A stretch of DNA of 63,638 nucleotides, counting the filler, from Octopus bimaculoides (Eukaryota): the NCBI RefSeq assembly GCF_001194135.2. It is 6 parts of 5 records of this genome, joined end to end, with 100 filler letters (N's around TTAATTAATTAA, not from the genome) between each part and the next. Parts side by side here need not be neighbours in the genome. Positions count along the whole stretch, not along the records: positions 41,517 to 59,076 come from NC_068992.1; positions 59,177 to 62,308 come from NC_068987.1; positions 62,409 to 63,638 come from NC_068994.1; 3 more parts are not named here. One strand, written 5' to 3'. A model generated the notes under the pieces. That model was not told where the DNA came from, did no database searches, and was given only the letters and a program-made list of their open reading frames with translations. Position 1 is the stretch's first letter; every line of letters begins with the position of its first letter. The translations under genes were made by a program, and so were the position numbers. Positions 50,814 through 63,638 of the stretch are shown here, in pieces.

Positions 50814-52209
50814 ATAGTTATATGGATCAATTACAACGCGTCTTTCAATCGACTTTCTACGTCACATAAGTTATGCTCGATCAGGGTTGTTGTAAAAGAG
50901 AATACCCAACATCGATAACAGCGACACAAGTGTTCCGTTTTTCTTGCTATATTCATTTCAGCTCCTGCTAATACGTGTGGCATGTACAGAATAATCAGGT
51001 TCAATCTGTTAATGGATGGTTGATTATCATTTAAGATATATTTTCTTATCGTGGAACACGAAGCAATCGATGACGTCGTGTGGCAACAACCAGACGACTT
51101 CAACCGATAGGAAGGCCTAAAAATGAACTTTATATAAATCTAACATTGCAAACTATTTAGATCTAAAAATTGTCTGACTTTTAAGTAGAACTCTGTGAGC
51201 ATTAATTTTCACTCGATTTTTTTGCTGTAGATGTGCTCAGAAGTTTACTGGTGTGCAAATTTGTTTTCTTTGCTAAATATATATACATCAATGCAAGTAA
51301 CCATGATAATCTTTTAAGCAAATGAACACCATTTTTATGTATGTATTATTTAAGGTTTTTGTATAAATTTATATTAATATCTTCAGTTAGAGAATATATT
51401 CGATTTCATCTTGAAAATATGTGCGTACATTTATTGTGTTTTGTTCTTCTGTGCTCTTGCTGTCAAAAAATATGTATGCGCGCGCACAAAGGCACACCTT
51501 AGAGAAGGAACATTGATATGTATCAACTTTGAAATTGAGAAGCAAATCTATTTTATGTTTACAGATTCATGCCGTGTTGGATCATAAATCGAGTTGTCTT
51601 AACGGACATTGAGCTGTGTTCATGACTAAGACCTTTAACTAAGATATTTACTCTGGCTCATTATATTTAAATGTTAAAAAACCAAAGAAAAGATACAATG
51701 TAGAAGAAAAATATCAAGATTGTAAGAAATGACTTTTAACATTATGAAGGTGACATTGTAAATCCATAAAAAATCTCTTAAAAGCCAAGAATTTAAGAGG
51801 AGGGGTAAGTCGATTACATAGACTCCTGTAATCAGCTGGTACTTATTTTATCGATCCAGGAATAATGAGAGGCAATGACGACCATGGTGGAATTTGAACT
51901 CAGCATTTTATCCGGCGTGCTATTGATTTTGCCAGCTCGCCGCCTAAAATGTTACCACTCTTATCAAGGTTCGAGTAACCTTCATTTGAAAATGTCACAT
52001 TCCTAATGCATATTATACACAAATTTCCAATTATCACTCATGGCGACAACACATTTGTCCCAGGATCATGAAAGCACTTCAAAGACTGTGTCCCAATTTC
52101 AAGACTAGATAACATCTGCATGGAACATTGACGTATACAGAGTGCAGCAGGAAACCCTCCCTGTATGTATGTATGTATGTATGTATGTATGTATGTATGT
52201 ATTACGTAC

Positions 52210-52256
<47 letters not shown>

Positions 52257-52257
52257 A

Positions 52258-52341
<84 letters not shown>

Positions 52342-52737
52342 NNNNNNNNNNNNNNNNNNNNNNNNNNNNNNNNNNNNNNNNNNNNNNNNNNNNNNNNNNN
52401 NNNNNNNNNNNNNNNNNNNNNNNNNNNNNNNNNNNNNNNNNNNNNNNNNNNNNNNNNNNNNNNNNNNNNNNNNNNNNTATATATATATATATATATATAT
52501 GAGAAAGTAGTTACATGGATCAATCACAACGCGTCTTTCGTCACTGTCTATGTCACGTAAGTTGTGCCCGACCAGGGTTGTTGTAGCAGAGAATACCCAA
52601 TATCGATAGACACAACTTTGCAACTATCACTCCTGTCCCAGGATCATGACAGCACTTAAAATACTGTCTCAATTTCAAGACTAAATAACATCTGCAAGGA
52701 ACATTAACAGATACAGAGTGCGGCAGAAAACCCTCCC
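50810..52737 (+). repeat. Local diverged duplication of two modules
   Basis: 50810-50925 matches 52503-52612; 52028-52161 matches 52621-52737. Confidence 0.85.
51785..51950 (-). mobile_element. tRNA-SINE family B
   Basis: GTCGATTACATAGAC..GGTACTTATTTTATCGATCC..GGAATTTGAACTCAG..GCCAGCTCGCC. Confidence 0.8.
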
Positions 52738-54090
52738 ACATCTTACACCGCCATTGGTGTGACATTAGAGAAGTTAGGCAAGTGTAAATGGTTTCCTCAC
52801 TTAGCAAATGGCTTATCGTATTTTTTCAGTTATCATCACCGGTGCAAGCACGCGTTTTCTTTTGAAACGTTTATAAAGAATTGGTTAATATTGAATGTTT
52901 TTTTTTTTTGCGGCACCCTATATGTCTAGAAGTTGCTTAACGATTTTGAGTTGTGTAAACTTACCAAACATACACTGACATATTCTTACACACACATAAG
53001 CACTCTTACTATGAGAAAATACAGTTTTTTGTACCAGAAAAAAGGGAATTATACAAAGCCCAAGAATCGGTGGTTTGGAACTTTGATTCATGCCAATATT
53101 CTGATAAGTACATACTAAAAGACATCTGATTCTTCAACTACGGCTTAGTGCCACACACTAACCATCCACATCTACATTGCAAAGGGGAAAACATCGTGAT
53201 TGTGACTTTTACAATGATGAATTATCACGTCGATTTCAACATATCAGCTTCCAGTGCTCAGCCAATTAGACAATCTATTCCCTGCATTAACGAGGCTGAG
53301 AATTCCATAGTTGTGTGTTCCCTTAACGTAATTCTCAGATACAATCGGCTTGACGCAGTGTGACAAGGCTAGACATTCGTCTTACTAGTACAGTCCATCC
53401 GATGGCCTTCTATACAGTTTCCATCTACCCAAATTAACTCACAAGGCTTCGGTCGACCCTAGACTAAAGTAATTGTCACTACCCAAGATGCCACGCAGTG
53501 GAATCCAACGCATGACCTTGGATTTGCAAAGTAAACTTCTTAATCACTCAATCATGCAATGCAATGTCACAATATGTCACCATATTGCATCAATGTCAGC
53601 TGCAGTGGACTTTGCTGGAAGACAACAGCTGCAATAATATCGAACTGGCAGTAATAGCGATCGACAAAAGAGTAAGGACGTTTGTGCGAGATTAATACGA
53701 TTAATGCTGTGTTTGATGTTTGCAAGTCTATAGATTGATGGAAGTATAAATAGCTAGAAATAGCCACTGAAAAAACAGTTGTGCAGTGGAAGATTTTGTA
53801 AAACTATGAACTGCTTAGGAGACGACATACGATAGTGTGGTGTGACGAAACGAGGAGATGCATGAGGTAGTCGATTTTAGATGGAGATTATATATATCCA
53901 CAAAAATTAAGAAAAACAGGTTATTTCAGCAATGGTGCAACGATAAGTAGACTGAAAACACTCACGGACAGTTTGGGAAATTGTGAAATAATTTTAGCGT
54001 TAATACCGTAGAAATACCCGTTTGATGCGATTCAAATTATGAATAGGTAGTTATTTTTTGTGTGTAGATAAGTATTTTAGGGTAGTTCAA

Positions 54091-54312
54091 CCCTTTAATA
54101 TTTAAACAGGCCAGATCAGGCCCAAATAAGGGGCCCACCCTTCTGTTGTAACTAGTCAAGTCTGAACTGTCACACTGAACCTAAAAAGGTAATTTTGAAA
54201 ATATACAATCACACCATTGAAATCTTGAAGCTGTGACATAATGCATGATTAATACAAAACAATATGAATAAACAAGCATTACATTTGACATGGTAATCTA
54301 AATTCTAAAGGG
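54091..54312. mobile_element. piggyBac-type MITE (222 bp)
   Basis: TCAA|CCCTTTAATATTT ... AAATTCTAAAGGG|TTAA; 11/13 TIR match, TTAA-like target. Confidence 0.65.
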
Positions 54313-54589
54313 TTAATTACATTGTAGATAATCAACAGCCATTCGGGTTCACTGTATATATAAAACTAGTTAAACACCGTTTTCACCCTTCTCTATTCTC
54401 AACTGAAGGAAATAATCTCGATGTATCAGAATTTGCTATCAAAATTACTAACATTTATTTATGCTTTTACAAACTATGAATATGGCATCTGTGATGTCGA
54501 AATAACAACTGTTGACTTTCATGTTTATATAAATTTTATATCGTTCTATAATGATATTAATTTGTTCTTAATATTATGCCATTATTTAG

Positions 54590-56388
54590 GGCTGCGAGAA
54601 GGCAGGATGGTTAACACGTCAGGCACAAAGCTTTGCCGCATTTCGTCCATCTTTACTTTCAGAGTTCAAATTCTGCCGAAGTTGGCTTTGCTTTTCATCC
54701 TTTCATTCTAGGGGTTCAATAAAGTAAGTACCAGATGAGCATATCTATATATATAACGCGGAGTAGATGAAACAGGGACAACTGACGAAGGGGTATACTC
54801 TTTATGTTGCATGTCTCGTTTCTCTGTTTGTTTTTTTCGTTGTTCGAAAAAAGTTCGTTTACTATGTTTTCGTTTTTATGTTTTCGTTACTCATTGTGTT
54901 TAACGTTTTTTTGATGTCCTGTACCCATATATGCATGTATATATACATGTATATGTATGTATGTACATATTTATGGATAAACGCATATATTTATATATTA
55001 TTTATATTATATATATATATACACACTCGCACACACACGCAAACATATGTATATACACACTCACAAACTCACTCACATCTATATATGTACGCATGCATTC
55101 ACACAACAAAGCTTCATTATAAAATTGTTATGCAATATCAAATCGTTATAAATTCTGTTCTGTAGACGAAAGAATTAATTTGTTAAGGACATTTGAAAGA
55201 AAGCTGCATCTATTTCAACGCCATTGATCAAAGCATTCATTAAAAGTAATTAATAACTACGTCAAATATATTTTATGAGGACATGTAAAGAGATTGATGT
55301 ATTCAGCTAAATCTCGCTCTATGGATGATCTGAGGGTCAGGTTAACTAATGTGATTCAGAATATATCTGTAAACCAGTTGCCTTAATTAGAATAGTCTCA
55401 CAGTTTGGACACTGAAAATTTTCAAGAATAAATATATTGATTTCAAATTTTGGCACAAGGCCAGCAACTTCGTGGAGGCGGAGAAGGCAGGTAGGTTGAT
55501 TGGATCGACCCCAGTGCTCAACTGGTATTTATTTTAATCTTTCTGCTATAGACACAAGGCCTGGAACTTGTGGGGAGGGGATAGTCGATCATATCGACCT
55601 CAGTACTTGACTGGTACTTAATTCATCGATCACGAAAGGACGAAAGGCAAAGTCGACACACGTACATGCAGACATAAATGCATACATACCCAGATATATG
55701 TATTATATGTATACATTTGCGCATATATTTTATACACATGTGTGTATATGAATGCATGTATATCTGCATGTATGCACGAAAAGACAGCTGTACGCCACTT
55801 CACACTATAATATGTATGTACGTATGTATGCATGTATGTATGTATATATGTATGTATGTGTATGTGCGTGTGTGTGTATATATGTATATATATATATATA
55901 TTTATACGCAATCACACACACACTCATACACATCTATTTTTATGTGTTTCAGTCTTTGGAGGCCATGCTAGAGCACTAACCTGCCAGGTTTAATTGGAAA
56001 CATCGACTCTAGTACTTATTTTCTTAAGTCTGTTAGTTATCCTATCGGTTTCTTCTGGCGAATCGCAATGTTACAGGGAGGTAAGCATATCAACACATAC
56101 ACATACGCGTACATACACATTTGAAAGCAAACTTCTTATCAGTAACTGGTACTTAATTTATCGACCCCGAAATGATGAAAGGCAAAGTCAACCTCGGCGG
56201 AATTTGAACGGCAGGCGAAATACCACTTAGCATTTCGCTCGGTGCGCTAACGATTCAGCTCGCCTTATANNNNNNNNNNNNNNNNNNNNNNNNNNNNNNN
56301 NNNNNNNNNNNNNNNNNNNNNNNNNNNNNNNNNNNNNNNNNNNNNNNNNNNNNNNNNNNNNNNNNNNNNNNNNNNNNNNNNNNNNNNN

Positions 56389-56425
<37 letters not shown>

Positions 56426-56960
56426 CACACATACACACACACACACATATATATATGTATGTATGTGTATATACGCATACACATACATATGCGTTGCATG
56501 ACTGATTGTACGTACGTATGTATGTATGTATGTATTATGTGTGTATGTGTGAATATAATTGAATCCGTGTATAAGAGTACAAAGAAGAGAATAAGCTCAT
56601 TCATTACATATTGAATTCATATAACTTCGTTTTAAGTTCATGGTTTGCTAAGTGTTTAGTGCTGCTTTCTTTCGTGATTGCGTTTCTTCAGAAAACCTGA
56701 TGACACCAAACTGGAACGAAATCAATTGTCCATAACTGTTCCCACGCGAAATTTGACCAGTAACCTTTTTCTCCCAAATATATTGAATTCCAATCTTGGT
56801 ACAAGGCCAGCAATTTTTTGTGGAGGAGAAAATCGATTATATCGACCCCAGTGTTTAACAAGTATTTGTTTTATCGACCCCGAAAGATGAAAGGCAAAGT
56901 CGACATCGATGGAATTTAAACTCAGAAAGTAAAGTCGTACGAAATCTTAAAAACTTTTGC
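54590..56960. mobile_element. Scattered family B SINE copies
   Basis: Copies at 54590-54735 (+), 55440-55660 (-), 56140-56268 (-), 56785-56945 (-). Confidence 0.8.
55270..55375 (+). mobile_element. Tc1/mariner-like transposase C-terminal relic
   Basis: FL*GHVKRLMYSAKSRSMDDLRVRLTNVIQNI resembles the WG.VK..VY..KP.T...LK..I motif after the third catalytic residue. Confidence 0.45.
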
Positions 56961-57538
56961 CTTTCCTCCTAAATATATTAATTAAATCGTAGAAGACTTG
57001 TTTTCTTGAATTTATATCCCTTCCTTTTACAGAATTTAACAAATTATCTTCTCAAAAACGCAAAGGAAATTTTGCGATAATTTTGAAAGTTACGATATGT
57101 GACAGACAATACAGAACAATATTGAGTATGAGTTAATGTGTCTGTGCGTGCGTGCGTGAGTGTGTGAATGCGTGTCCATAAATTATTTAACAGTGCAATT
57201 GTACTCAATACATGGTGTGGAGTATGATTATATTTCCTCTCATGTCGCTGCTACTCAGATAGATTTTGATGATTTGTAACGAAAAACATGAGTTTTTATG
57301 TAATATAGTGTCGGGACTTGAGTGTTTCATTGGTTAAAACGTGCAATTGGCGGTATTTCATAACTAAAAGAATTCTACAGAAAATGCCCACAAAAAAGTT
57401 TGTTTTGCAGGGGAGACAACTGTACGTCTCTTTATATATTTTGCTGAGAAATCACAATTCTGCTTAAATCTTGCATCGTTAATTTGTCTGTATACATAGA
57501 TTTCTACGCACACACACGCACACACACGCACACACACG

Positions 57539-57614
<76 letters not shown>

Positions 57615-57830
57615 NNNNNNNNNNNNNNNNNNNNNNNNNNNNNNNNNNNNNNNNNNNNNNNNNNNNNNNNNNNNNNNNNNNNNNNNNNNNNNNNNNNNNN
57701 NNNNNNNNNNNNNNNCACTAGTGTTTATACAGGGCTATTATTGATTTCTTTTAAAGGTTAATACGAATGTAAATACGAAGGCAATGAAAGTTCAATTATA
57801 TAATAGCATCATCTTTATTATTATTCTGTA

Positions 57831-57903
<73 letters not shown>

Positions 57904-59175
57904 GTATTAGTAGTAGTAGTAGTAGTAGCAGCAGCACAACCACCACCACCACCACTATTAGTTGTAGTAACGATGACGGTGATAGGGCCAAAATCACAAT
58001 GACCTTCTTACGCATCACCTGAAGACCTGCTGAGTATTTTGAAGAAACGTCACTGCTTGTGAAAGCTACCGAGGTCACGTCTTATGTTTCAGTTCATTGG
58101 TTAGAGACTCGTCTGAAAGGAGTCGTGTCTAAGGAAAAATTCATTTGCGTAAGATGCCAAACAGTGGTACCAATCGTTATATTTTCTGCATAGTGTAAAC
58201 CATAGGACAGCATTAACTTTATAATTTTATAGTAGTTTAAAGACTTGTCAAAGAAGGAATGACAGCACCCATTATTATAAAACAGCGTTTAGTGAGAGGA
58301 ACGGGTAGAAGGAACCCTCTGACCAGTGACATAGTTTGAATGTTTGCTATAAAGTGGTCTCTGTTACTGGCACCCAAGGGCCAGGTGATATGTGAAACTG
58401 AATAGCGGTTTTATGTCTATCTTGTGAACTCTGTGAAATACATAAGTATCGTGTAACGGAGTTAAAGCAGGCAGCGTATTAAGACCTACCCTTGTAATCT
58501 TCACTAAGCACACCCTAACGTCAAGTGGTGGCATTAACCGTGATGATGGTTTAGCTCAAGTAACCAAAATCAGATACATTCTATACACAGGCTGCAGCAC
58601 AATATGGTTTCCGTCTACTTTATTTCATTCACAAGGTTTGGTCTTAGATCTAAAACTATGAGCGAAAGTACTTACTGCCTAAAGTTTTGCGCTGTGTAGT
58701 CCAACGCAGAATATCACGACCACAAAATGAACTTTTTAACTGCACAACCTTCCCTCCACTCAATATATACTATTAAGGTATAATATTCGACAGATTTAAT
58801 GTATCAAGAAAAAGGAGGTAGTCAGGATTTGGATAAAAGCTGTGCCTTTAAGAATATATTGAAGATCATTTTATAGATACACACAAGCACGCGCCCGCAT
58901 ACACACATATATATTTGGATGTGTAACGTAATAGTTTAGAAAAAACCATTGGTTTCATATCAAACGTGAACTAGACATCTCTTCAGTTTTTCTAAACGAC
59001 AACCGTTCTCTGCAAAGTATGTTTTATATATATATATATATATATACATACATACATATATATATATATACATACANNNNNNNNNNNNNNNNNNNNNNNN
59101 NNNNNNNNNNNNNNNNNNNNTTAATTAATTAANNNNNNNNNNNNNNNNNNNNNNNNNNNNNNNNNNNNNNNNNNN

Positions 59176-59470
59176 NCTCGATGTGGTTGCAGAATTCATC
59201 TAGATTTTTATTTTTACCTTTGTGTGGGATGTGCTCACTTTTGTTTTTGACTAGTGAGTCAGCTTCAGTGTTGTGATTGGTAAATGCTTCTGTGAGTCTT
59301 AATTTTCTACAGAATTCTGTTATACTGTCCTTCACTTCATTTTGGTTGGCTCTGCGTGGAGTTGGGGTGAATTTTAGCCCTTTTGAGAGGATGTCTATTT
59401 TTATGCTTCAGAGAGGTTTGGTTGAGAGATTGATTATCTTCGGTTTTTTCTGATTACTAGATTCCAGCCT
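59176..59470 (-). mobile_element. Penelope-like element N-terminal fragment (different clade from PLE 1 and 2)
   Basis: IINLSTKPL*..IDILSKGLKFTPTP..EFCRKLRLTEAF..LVKNKSEHIP..NKNLDEFC; runs into a gap. Confidence 0.8.
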
Positions 59471-59801
59471 TGGACAATCAAATACTATATACACACATGG
59501 GCAAACAAAATCACATATACTCACAGCCAACGCGACACATATATAGACTTGATGAAACACAAGCATAGATGCGCACTTGGTCAAACAAACATATATACAC
59601 AGACAAATAAGCAAACATTTACAGTTCCAGTACTAGCGTATAAAATGTTATGACGCTATGTAACTTCTATTATCACCCCTAAACGATAAAGTTATTCCCG
59701 GATAACATGTTGGCTAAACATTGATACGTGAACTACTGACCTTTGGATTCTCAGAGGAAATTAACATCCTATGTATATATATATATATATATATATTGCC
59801 A

Positions 59802-60397
59802 CTGGAGGGCCAACGCCAATACGCTAGAAGTGGATATCAAATGTCTACAAACCACTCTAAATTCGTTCTCTTTCTAACACAAGGCCGAAAGTGAGGGAAT
59901 GGACTAGAAGATTTATTAAAAAATCGGATAATTCTATATCTTAAAATTTCGTGTTCTGTAATAAAAATTATTTTACACTCTTCAGTAGAAGTACACCTAC
60001 AATATATAAGTGAGAAATACATATACAAACCAATAAATTTCTGCGTACAAATACCAATACATATACATGCATTTCCCACGTATCCATATGGCTAATGCCA
60101 AAAATAGTGCCGGAGTGAATATAGTACCAGAGCAAAATATAATGACTAGAGAACTCAAAATTGTATATATACGTAATGATTATATCAGTGGCTAGCGCAT
60201 CGGTGTACTTCTACTGAAGAGTGTAAAGTAATTTTTATTACAGAACACGAAATATTGAGATATAGAGTTATCCGAAATTTTTATAAACCTTCTTGCCCAT
60301 TCCCTCGATTTCAGCCTTGTGTTACAAAGAGAACAAATTTAGAGTCGTTTGTAGACATTTGATATCTACTTCTAGCGTATTGGCGTTGGCCCTCCAG
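59802..60397. repeat. Inverted repeat with 196-bp arms and 204-bp spacer (MITE/foldback-like)
   Basis: 59802-59997 is the diverged reverse complement of 60202-60397. Confidence 0.92.
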
Positions 60398-60449
60398 CGC
60401 CCTTAGTTATAATTATATTTTTATAATTAAACACACACGCACATATTGT

Positions 60450-61430
60450 TGTATTAAATTCCATGAGTCAGAGAAGAAAATGCACACATATATAGGGTTG
60501 CAGACTGGGCACTATTGTTATTAATGTTGTTGTTGCTGGTATGCCATAGTTTCAGAATAGCTAAATTATCAGTAGGTTTCGTACAAGATGTGAAGAACCA
60601 AATCCAATAATCATCAGAAAGGGTTGAAAGGAATAGTATGTCTTGGTTCTCTGTGAATGGAGACCTGGAATTGGAAGTCACATTTGGTTGGTGGATGTTA
60701 CGGCTGTTGTAAAAATCCGGAACGAAGTTCATGGAATAAATTTTCCTGATGAAACTTAAGGAAAAAAAATTTAGTTCATCGCGGTTGCTCCTTGAGTTGG
60801 GACCAGCAGGTCCACTTCATTATACAAGATATTTGCTTGTAAGGTGGAGTTGGGGTAGAAGTGTGATGGAGATTGGGGAGTGGGAAAGGGGTGTGGTGAG
60901 GAGAAACATTGGTGGGGTAGGTTAATCCAACGTTTATATTTATTCACGGTCGACCAGTTTGCTAATGTATATCTGCGCGGAGGAAGATAGTCCTTCAGTA
61001 CGATTCTTTTCTCCGAGAAGCAGTTTTTACCTCTCACTACTGTTAGAGTAAGGGATGAACTTTTCTAGTATCCTCCACTTGATATTGTAATTCGCAGTAT
61101 TTTCTTCCAGTGCCCATAAATGTGTCGCTAGAGGTGTAACATTTAACCAGTGTTGGATTTCAAAATGGCATACGTGGTTGCTGGATCTGGTCCTTCTGTT
61201 ACACCCACATATTTCCGCACGTTCGTCCCTCAACTGGGATCCTCTGATACCACCTGTGCCTCATACACAGCAGTTTCTGTATTACATTTTCTGTTAAGTG
61301 TAGATGTGGCATTACCTTTGCATGATCAGATTTTATTTATTAGGTGCACAGCAAAAGAAACCCTTAAAATACTTGGAACCGCCTCCCATTTTCTGAGGTT
61401 TGGACCCAATCTGACCGCAGACAGCTTAAT
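60450..61430 (-). mobile_element. Penelope-like element (Naiad-type) GIY-YIG endonuclease fragment and 3' region
   Basis: *SC....STLNRKCNTETAVYEAQV..RKYVGVTEG..TPLATHLWAL..YNIKWRIL..PY..KNCFSEKRIV; degenerate. Confidence 0.8.
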
Positions 61431-61494
61431 TAGACAGATTTAAGTCTTCCACTTAAGTAAGCCATAGTAGGATTTGTATTCAGAACGGGGAGAA

Positions 61495-61700
61495 TCGGAA
61501 CAAATACTACAATGCAACTGGTCAGATATTCATACAGTTATGGCAATCCACTACCTTGGATTAGTGCTTATTTTTTTGACCCCGAAAGCATGAAAATCAA
61601 AACTGATCTCGGCAATATTTGAACTCAGAACGCAGAAATTTGAACCAAGTACTGAGCAGCATTATTATATTCGACGTTCTCATGACTCTTTCGATTTACC
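61495..61700 (-). mobile_element. tRNA-SINE family B, degenerate
   Basis: TTGACCCCGAAAGCATGAAAATCAAAACTGATCTCGGCAATATTTGAACTCAGAACG. Confidence 0.7.
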
Positions 61701-62273
61701 ACTTATACATTACTTGGACATGATCGAATGCAAGACAAAAAATAAAAAATATTTTGGATTAATCCCCGCCGAACAACTCCCTGACCCACTATTGAAATAT
61801 ACATTTGATCGCAGAATCTCCCATTAAAAAAAAAAGATATAATTAAATTCTTCAAAAGGAAAAAGTCATAAAAAATTTTAATCATAATTTAATTAATTAC
61901 AGAACTTTGAAAGTATACCGCATTTATGTTTTAATTATTAAATCTATATTATGTCTTTCATTGTGTCGAAAAAATTACACTAAAGGGATTTTGTCTTTTT
62001 TTATGATTTAAACGAGGGTGGGAGGTTTCTCCAAGAGGGTTTTGTCCTTGTTGGTTGAGGGTGCATTTGTACCAGAACGGTTTTGTCCAGTTCTCTTTTT
62101 GATCAAAAGAATCTCCACTCAATCAGGGATGAGCAAGGGATGAACAGCAAGAGCATAACCACAACATTACATTATATTGTTATATGCTGTTAGATCATAG
62201 TGAATACACAAAGTTGATAACGTATGAAAAGATAACACATATTCAAAAACTGAAAGACAAGATAAATCATAAC

Positions 62274-62308
<35 letters not shown>

Positions 62309-62607
62309 NNNNNNNNNNNNNNNNNNNNNNNNNNNNNNNNNNNNNNNNNNNNTTAATTAATTAANNNNNNNNNNNNNNNNNNNNNNNNNNNNNNNNNNNN
62401 NNNNNNNNATGGTCTTCGAAACGTCTAGATAGAATAGAGACAGCTGATGAAGGGATATTCCAAGGGGCTTTCCGTTTTCCTATGTGTTCGTTCCGTTGTC
62501 TGTAGTTTATTGTTCTAACGTCCTGTACCCTGATATGCATGTATATACACATGTAGATGTAAGTATGTACATATATGTGTGTATACATATATATATATTC
62601 TTTGTAT

Positions 62608-62638
<31 letters not shown>

Positions 62639-62989
62639 GTGTGTGTGTGGATGGATGGGTGGGTGGATGTGTATGTGTATAAATGTCTATACTTATAAAC
62701 ACGTTGTTATATACGTTGCGTGCGGTGGGGTGAGATGAAGTGAAGTCTGTGTTTGAAGTTTGAGAAGTGTATCTCATCATGATCGCTGCATGCTTCATCA
62801 GCATAGTTCAGGGTGGCTGTGCACGCACAGCCTTGCACACACAAACACACGCACATACCCACACACGCACACAAACACACACACTCACTCACACACAAAC
62901 ACACACACAAGCAAACTCACACACGCACACTCATACATACACGCATTCACACACACATATATGTAATGAGATAAATAGATAGATAGATG

Positions 62990-63035
<46 letters not shown>

Positions 63036-63429
63036 GACAGAGAAACAGACAGACCGGCAGACAGACCGGCAGACAAGAATATGCTCAATCAGACGAAAAT
63101 ACACATATCACTCTTACATAAACATTCAGTCAGATACACACACAGACATACACACGCATACACACACATACACACACGCACACACTCGCATACACGCAAA
63201 AAAAACATTTAATAAACGGCAGATAAATGCATTTATACACACATTCACACACACACACACACATAAATATACGGACACATCCACCATATTTTAATTTCAC
63301 ATATACACATAATACAGAAGTATACACACGTTTAACTATACACATAATTTATGTTGCTTGAATCTACTCAGTTCAAATAAGTAGAGCTCCTTCTCTCACT
63401 CTCTCTCTCTTTCTCTCTCTCTCTCTCAA

Positions 63430-63460
<31 letters not shown>

Positions 63461-63638
63461 CTCTCTCTCTCTCTCTCTCTCTCTTTACATTTCTCTCCAT
63501 CAGCCACATCTTCGTTGATCCACTGAGGCATGGACAGGGGGCGTGAAGGTGTCTATACCTGCTCATTATTACATGGCAGTAAAAGGCTGCGACCAGGTAG
63601 AATAAATTAAGTACCAGTGAAACACTGGGATCGATTTA

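Overview
This is eukaryotic DNA, not prokaryotic. It is AT-rich, dense in microsatellites and heavily gapped. The SINE/LINE families and repeat landscape point to a coleoid cephalopod (Octopus-like; inference). Most ORFs in the supplied track are shadows of microsatellites or N gaps. Host-gene evidence: two phase-compatible minus-strand exons of an IAH1-like SGNH/GDSL esterase (18257-18476, 8371-8458), and a ~2.1 kb stop-free low-complexity ORF (43602 to ~41516, minus, spanning one gap) that is probably a large coding exon of an unidentified gene. A few weak exon candidates also exist. The rest is nested transposable elements: two inverted copies of one Mag-like Ty3/Gypsy family, four Penelope-like fragments (three Naiad-type, one nearly full length), a non-autonomous Helitron that carries a telomere-like array and splits a Penelope ORF, RTE, CR1-type and R4/Dong-like LINE pieces, a maT/Tc1-like transposase relic, Tigger- and piggyBac-like MITEs, four tRNA-SINE types and a 196-bp-arm inverted repeat. 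Five N44-TTAATTAATTAA-N44 spacers look like artificial contig joins, so linkage across them is uncertain. I found no CRISPR, rRNA or bona fide tRNA gene and no clearly new biological system. The best leads are the Naiad-type Penelope elements and the low-complexity ORF. All similarities are from reading by eye; no searches were run.
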